Positions 60,350 to 64,000 of a stretch of 64,000 nucleotides of DNA are shown here, piece after piece (the stretch's first letter is position 1; every line of letters starts with the position of its first letter). Made by a program: the position numbers and the translations under genes. The notes beneath the pieces were generated by a model. The model was not told the DNA's origin and made no database searches. It was given only the letters and a program-made list of their open reading frames with translations. Source of the DNA: an uncultured Desulfosarcina sp. (lineage in GTDB: Bacteria > Desulfobacterota > Desulfobacteria > Desulfobacterales > Desulfosarcinaceae); NCBI GenBank assembly GCA_963674945.2, contig CAXXWQ010000004.1, positions 2,624,001 through 2,688,000 on the forward strand, written 5' to 3'.

Positions 60350-60613
60350 CTATTTCCCCATGATCATCAATAACGGGATGAAAACCAATCCGGCCAGGGC
60401 AAGGTACAAACCGTTGAGTATGCGCTGATATTTGTAACGCGTCGCCTCATCCGGCTCTTCCGTGGCCAATTTCTTGAATCGGCGGTAATCTTCCATCCAC
60501 CCGGTCATCAGATCCACATGGTATCCCTTGTCCTTCAACGCCATCTTGATCTGTTGAAAACTGTGAAGGGCAAACACCAGGGCACCGATCAAACCGAAAT
60601 GCAGCCAGCTCAT
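60350..60613 (-). CDS. Small two-TM hypothetical protein
   Basis: GAGGAGG RBS; two hydrophobic segments. Confidence 0.7.
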   Translation of the reverse strand: MSWLHFGLIGALVFALHSFQQIKMALKDKGYHVDLMTGWMEDYRRFKKLATEEPDEATRYKYQRILNGLYLALAGLVFIPLLMIMGK

Positions 60614-60801
60614 GGCGCCTCCTCTTGAACATAAAAAAGTGACATCATCGATTTCGCGATTCAAAACAATCTACCACACATTTCAGATGGGTGCCAACAT
60701 CCGTTTTCTTTCCCATTGACTTCGTTCATACATGGCGATAAAAACTCTATCTAACTGGATTAATGTTACATTTTCACCCAACTCGGGTTTCCCCGCAAAA
60801 G

Positions 60802-60978
60802 TGATGAACTTGTGAAAAAGTCCTACTCGTAAAAGGCTTTGTAAAAAGTTCGAGATCAAGGATTGCGAACCCCGAGAATACCGCTATCGCGGGTGCCGTA
60901 GGCAGCGTATGGTTGGATACGTCGCAGTGACGAGGGGTGAAGCGTAACGCAGATATCGGGCTTTTTACAAAGCCTTCT
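60802..60978 (+). repeat. Intergenic palindromic repeat family A, copy 3 (with internal insertion)
   Basis: aaggctttgtaaaaag / ctttttacaaagcctt arms; extra ataccgctatcgcgggtgccgtaggc segment relative to copy 1. Confidence 0.9.
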
Positions 60979-60990
60979 GATAAAAAGAGC

Positions 60991-62205
60991 ATGACAACTG
61001 CTGAACGTTACCAACGGACGTTGGGATACATGCTGCTGGCATACATGACCGCGATGATCGCCGTCGTCACATTCATTCCTTTCGCGTTCACCGTCCCGAA
61101 AACCATCCAGTTCACTTTACGAGGCAATCTTTTCGATGTGTTGATCAACATCGTTCTTTTTGTTCCCCTCGGTTTCTTCTTTCAGACAATCCATGGCCAT
61201 GCTGGCTGGAAGTCGCTTATCGGTGCGCTGTGTTTTGGTTTGGCGGTTAGCTGCATCGTCGAAGCCGGACAGCTTTTTCTTCCCTCGAGATATTCATCAC
61301 TCATCGATATGATCACCAATGGAATGGGCGCCTTGCTGGGATCAGCCATCGCAGTCTATCATCAACGGCTGGTGCGAAACGGGCGCATACCGGAACTCCT
61401 CGGATTCGGATTACCGTTGATCTCTTCTGTCTATCTTCTCGTCCCGTTGTTGTGGTTGGGGGGAATCTCCATGGGCCATGAGATTTCTCGTCTGGGATTG
61501 ATGGCCCTGGTGGGCGTGCACGGCGGCGGAGTAATCTCCTCTGCCGTCGTAAACCGGGCAGAAAATCGCATAAGATGGCCCGGATTGGCGGTATTTGGTA
61601 TTACGACATGCTGGTTTATGATCGGTGCGGCACCCGCCTTGCCCCATTTTCCACTCGCGACGGCAGCAGTCGGCTGTACTGTCGGTGTTGCCGCCCGGCT
61701 TTCAGGACCCTTCTGGAAAAAAAAGGATACAACGGAACGGCGGTTCGAGCTGCCCACACTGAAACGGCTTTTACCGATTTACCTTTTTTACCTGCTGCTC
61801 GTAACCGTCTGGCCGACCACTGTTCCGTTGAGCGAATGGTCACTGCGCGGCGAATTTCAATTGCTTGACCAGGCAAAGCGCGTATTGTTCATCTCGAGGT
61901 TCGTGGAGGTAATCGCGGCCTTCACGCTCCTGGGCTATCTGTTGGCGGAGATATCAGGCAGGAAGAGGGAATCCGGTCTGACGTCGTTAAAGCGTGTGCT
62001 TCTCTATGTCATGGGCATCGCCATCTGTATCACCACGCTGCACAATGTACTCGTAAAACCGCTGTATATCTTCGTTGAGACGGCTATACTCACCATTGCC
62101 GCCATGTATGGGGCAATCGTATACAGGCTCCAGCTGGCGGTAGTAAAAAAGTACGGAGAAAAAAAGAAAAATATTGGAAATCGGCCGCCAGCGGTCGGCC
62201 GGTGA
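60991..62205 (+). CDS. VanZ family membrane protein
   Basis: DVLINIVLFVPLGF, EAGQLFLPSRYSSLIDMITNGMG. Confidence 0.82.
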   Translation: MTTAERYQRTLGYMLLAYMTAMIAVVTFIPFAFTVPKTIQFTLRGNLFDVLINIVLFVPLGFFFQTIHGHAGWKSLIGALCFGLAVSCIVEAGQLFLPSRYSSLIDMITNGMGALLGSAIAVYHQRLVRNGRIPELLGFGLPLISSVYLLVPLLWLGGISMGHEISRLGLMALVGVHGGGVISSAVVNRAENRIRWPGLAVFGITTCWFMIGAAPALPHFPLATAAVGCTVGVAARLSGPFWKKKDTTERRFELPTLKRLLPIYLFYLLLVTVWPTTVPLSEWSLRGEFQLLDQAKRVLFISRFVEVIAAFTLLGYLLAEISGRKRESGLTSLKRVLLYVMGIAICITTLHNVLVKPLYIFVETAILTIAAMYGAIVYRLQLAVVKKYGEKKKNIGNRPPAVGR

Positions 62206-62209
62206 AGCA

Positions 62210-64000
62210 TTAGCTGGAACTGATTTTAAATCTGGATACCATTTCCTTGAGTCGTTCCGAAAGGTTGGAAAGCTGCTCTGCGCTCATATGGACCTGAGAA
62301 CTGGCATTGGCGTTTTCCTGTGCAGCGGAATTCACCTCGGCAATATCACTCGTAATCTCGGAGGATGCCGTTGAGCTTCGGGACACATTTTGGGTCACTT
62401 CCTGAACGCCGAACGATGCCTGGGAGACATTGTTGGCAATTTCCTTGGTCGCAACGGATTGTTCCTCTATGGCGGTGGCGATTGAACTGACCACATCGCT
62501 GACCTCGTTGATGACCCGTGTTACCTGTTCGATCTCACCGACTGTACTCGATGTGGAATTTTGAATTCCGTCGATGCGCTGTTGGATCTGCTGGGTCGCC
62601 TCGGCCGTTTGCTTGGCCAGCTCCTTAATTTCATTTGCCACAACCGCAAATCCTTTTCCGGCCTCACCTGCTCTCGCCGCTTCGATGGTCGCATTCAGCG
62701 CCAGAAGATTCGTTTGCTCGGAAATCTCTTTGATGGTTTCGGTTACCGTACCCACTTCCATGGCTGCATTTCCCAGTTCCTGCATTCTACTTGAAGCGCT
62801 TGCGGCCTGCATTACGGCATCGGATGCGATGCTTCGCCCTTTCTCCGTATTCTGCGCGATTTCATCAATGGACGTACTCATCTCTTCAGCGGCGGAAGCA
62901 ACCATGTCCATATTCTGGGATACCTCTTCGGTGGCCGCCGAGACCGAGTTCATGCTGGAACTCATCTCTTCGGCAGAGGAAGCGACCCGGGCTGCCTTTT
63001 GAGACGACTGTTCTGCACCGGCCGACATCTGTTGTGAAATGGCGGAAAGTTCTGTCGATGATGAGGATAAGGTCTCGATGCCTTCGGTGATGTCCCCGAA
63101 CATGTTGCGGAGATTCTCCGTCATCGTTCGCATGGCCCTGGCAAGCACACCGATTTCATCCTGTTGGTCCAGATCGATGGACTTGGTAAGATCCCCCTTG
63201 GAAATGGCCTCGGCCAGATCTACACCTTTCTTCAGTGGACCGATGATACCCCTGGCCAGGACAAAGGCCAGAAAAGATCCGGAAATCAACGCGACTGCGC
63301 CGAACAGCAGGACGCCTTTGCGTGTATGTACCGCAGCGTTGAGCATCTGGGTGTCCGTCATGATCATCTTGTGAGCCTGGCCGCGAATCTGATTCAACAG
63401 ATTTTGCACCTGGTGGAGCGCCGGCACGGTCATCGAGGCATAGACCGCATTGGCTTTTTCCTTGCCATCGAGGGCCTCTTGGGCTTGGTCGTGCAGAAAA
63501 TTTATTTTTTCAATGGTTTGTGCCAGAAACGGCAATGTGGTCTGTTCGAAGCTCTCTATTGCTTCTTCGTGGGAATCGGCCAGTTCATTCTCCACGCTGA
63601 TCGCAGATCTGTGGAGTTGATCGTGGACTTTGCCCATTTCCCTCCACGCCTCTTTGAAAGCGTCGTCTCCGTTATCATAGGCCCGTTTCCCATCGGCGGA
63701 TTGAAGCCATCGGCCCAAAGCGCACTTTGTCGGATCCGTCTCAACCCCAAGGCTCATGCGGCCCTGCAGGAAAGCATCCCTGATCTCGGCCGCCCAGTTG
63801 AGATGATCGATAGTACGCGCAAGAAGGACTGCCGGGAGATGGGGATCTGCCGGTGCAAAGTGGTCATGAATGGCTATGGCCGATTCATGCAGCTTGCGGT
63901 GCGGTTCCTCGATCTCTTTTAAAAGGGGTGCAAGGCTGGGAACTTGTGTTTCGGCTCTCTTTCGTCCCTCGCCATACAACCACTTCCCGAAATCGCATTT
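62210..64000 (-). CDS. Methyl-accepting chemotaxis protein with CZB domains (5'-truncated)
   Basis: [63 protein letters not shown] motif. Confidence 0.93.
   Translation of the reverse strand, partial: KCDFGKWLYGEGRKRAETQVPSLAPLLKEIEEPHRKLHESAIAIHDHFAPADPHLPAVLLARTIDHLNWAAEIRDAFLQGRMSLGVETDPTKCALGRWLQSADGKRAYDNGDDAFKEAWREMGKVHDQLHRSAISVENELADSHEEAIESFEQTTLPFLAQTIEKINFLHDQAQEALDGKEKANAVYASMTVPALHQVQNLLNQIRGQAHKMIMTDTQMLNAAVHTRKGVLLFGAVALISGSFLAFVLARGIIGPLKKGVDLAEAISKGDLTKSIDLDQQDEIGVLARAMRTMTENLRNMFGDITEGIETLSSSSTELSAISQQMSAGAEQSSQKAARVASSAEEMSSSMNSVSAATEEVSQNMDMVASAAEEMSTSIDEIAQNTEKGRSIASDAVMQAASASSRMQELGNAAMEVGTVTETIKEISEQTNLLALNATIEAARAGEAGKGFAVVANEIKELAKQTAEATQQIQQRIDGIQNSTSSTVGEIEQVTRVINEVSDVVSSIATAIEEQSVATKEIANNVSQASFGVQEVTQNVSRSSTASSEITSDIAEVNSAAQENANASSQVHMSAEQLSNLSERLKEMVSRFKISSS

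Overview
Bacterial chromosomal window, inferred from gene content (Flx-Hdr, selD/yedF, rubrerythrin, AF1514-like, DUF3786) to come from an anaerobic sulfate reducer of the Desulfobacterales (Desulfosarcina-like). The core content is the 3' end of an mrp/mnh antiporter operon, pyk, uvrA, polA, sppA, lutABC, a selenocysteine-encoding selD with yedF, a metF-like gene and a CZB-domain chemoreceptor. Five things stand out. (1) A sigma54 promoter and a c-di-GMP-I riboswitch precede a large secreted FN3/CBM/3x discoidin protein that carries an apparently identical internal DNA duplication (477-bp period). (2) A 12-kb flxABCD-hdrA-mvhD-hdrA-(DsrK/HdrD-like) cluster has no hdrBC. (3) Downstream of it, an AT-rich 1.4-kb control region (sigma54 site, perfect 12-bp palindrome, ~64-bp-periodic motif array) lies upstream of an orphan corrinoid protein plus MtaA/CmuA-like methyltransferase, in a mosaic region with gene remnants and a secreted Cys-peptide/pentapeptide-repeat pair. 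(4) Two related families of ~140-175-bp hairpin repeats (3 copies each) have covarying arms and ERIC-like internal motifs, and one family always abuts a stop codon. (5) A 125-bp element with 24-bp inverted repeats sits in the polA divergent promoter region. No rRNA, tRNA, CRISPR array or intact transposase was recognised. All family calls come from motif recognition, not database searches.
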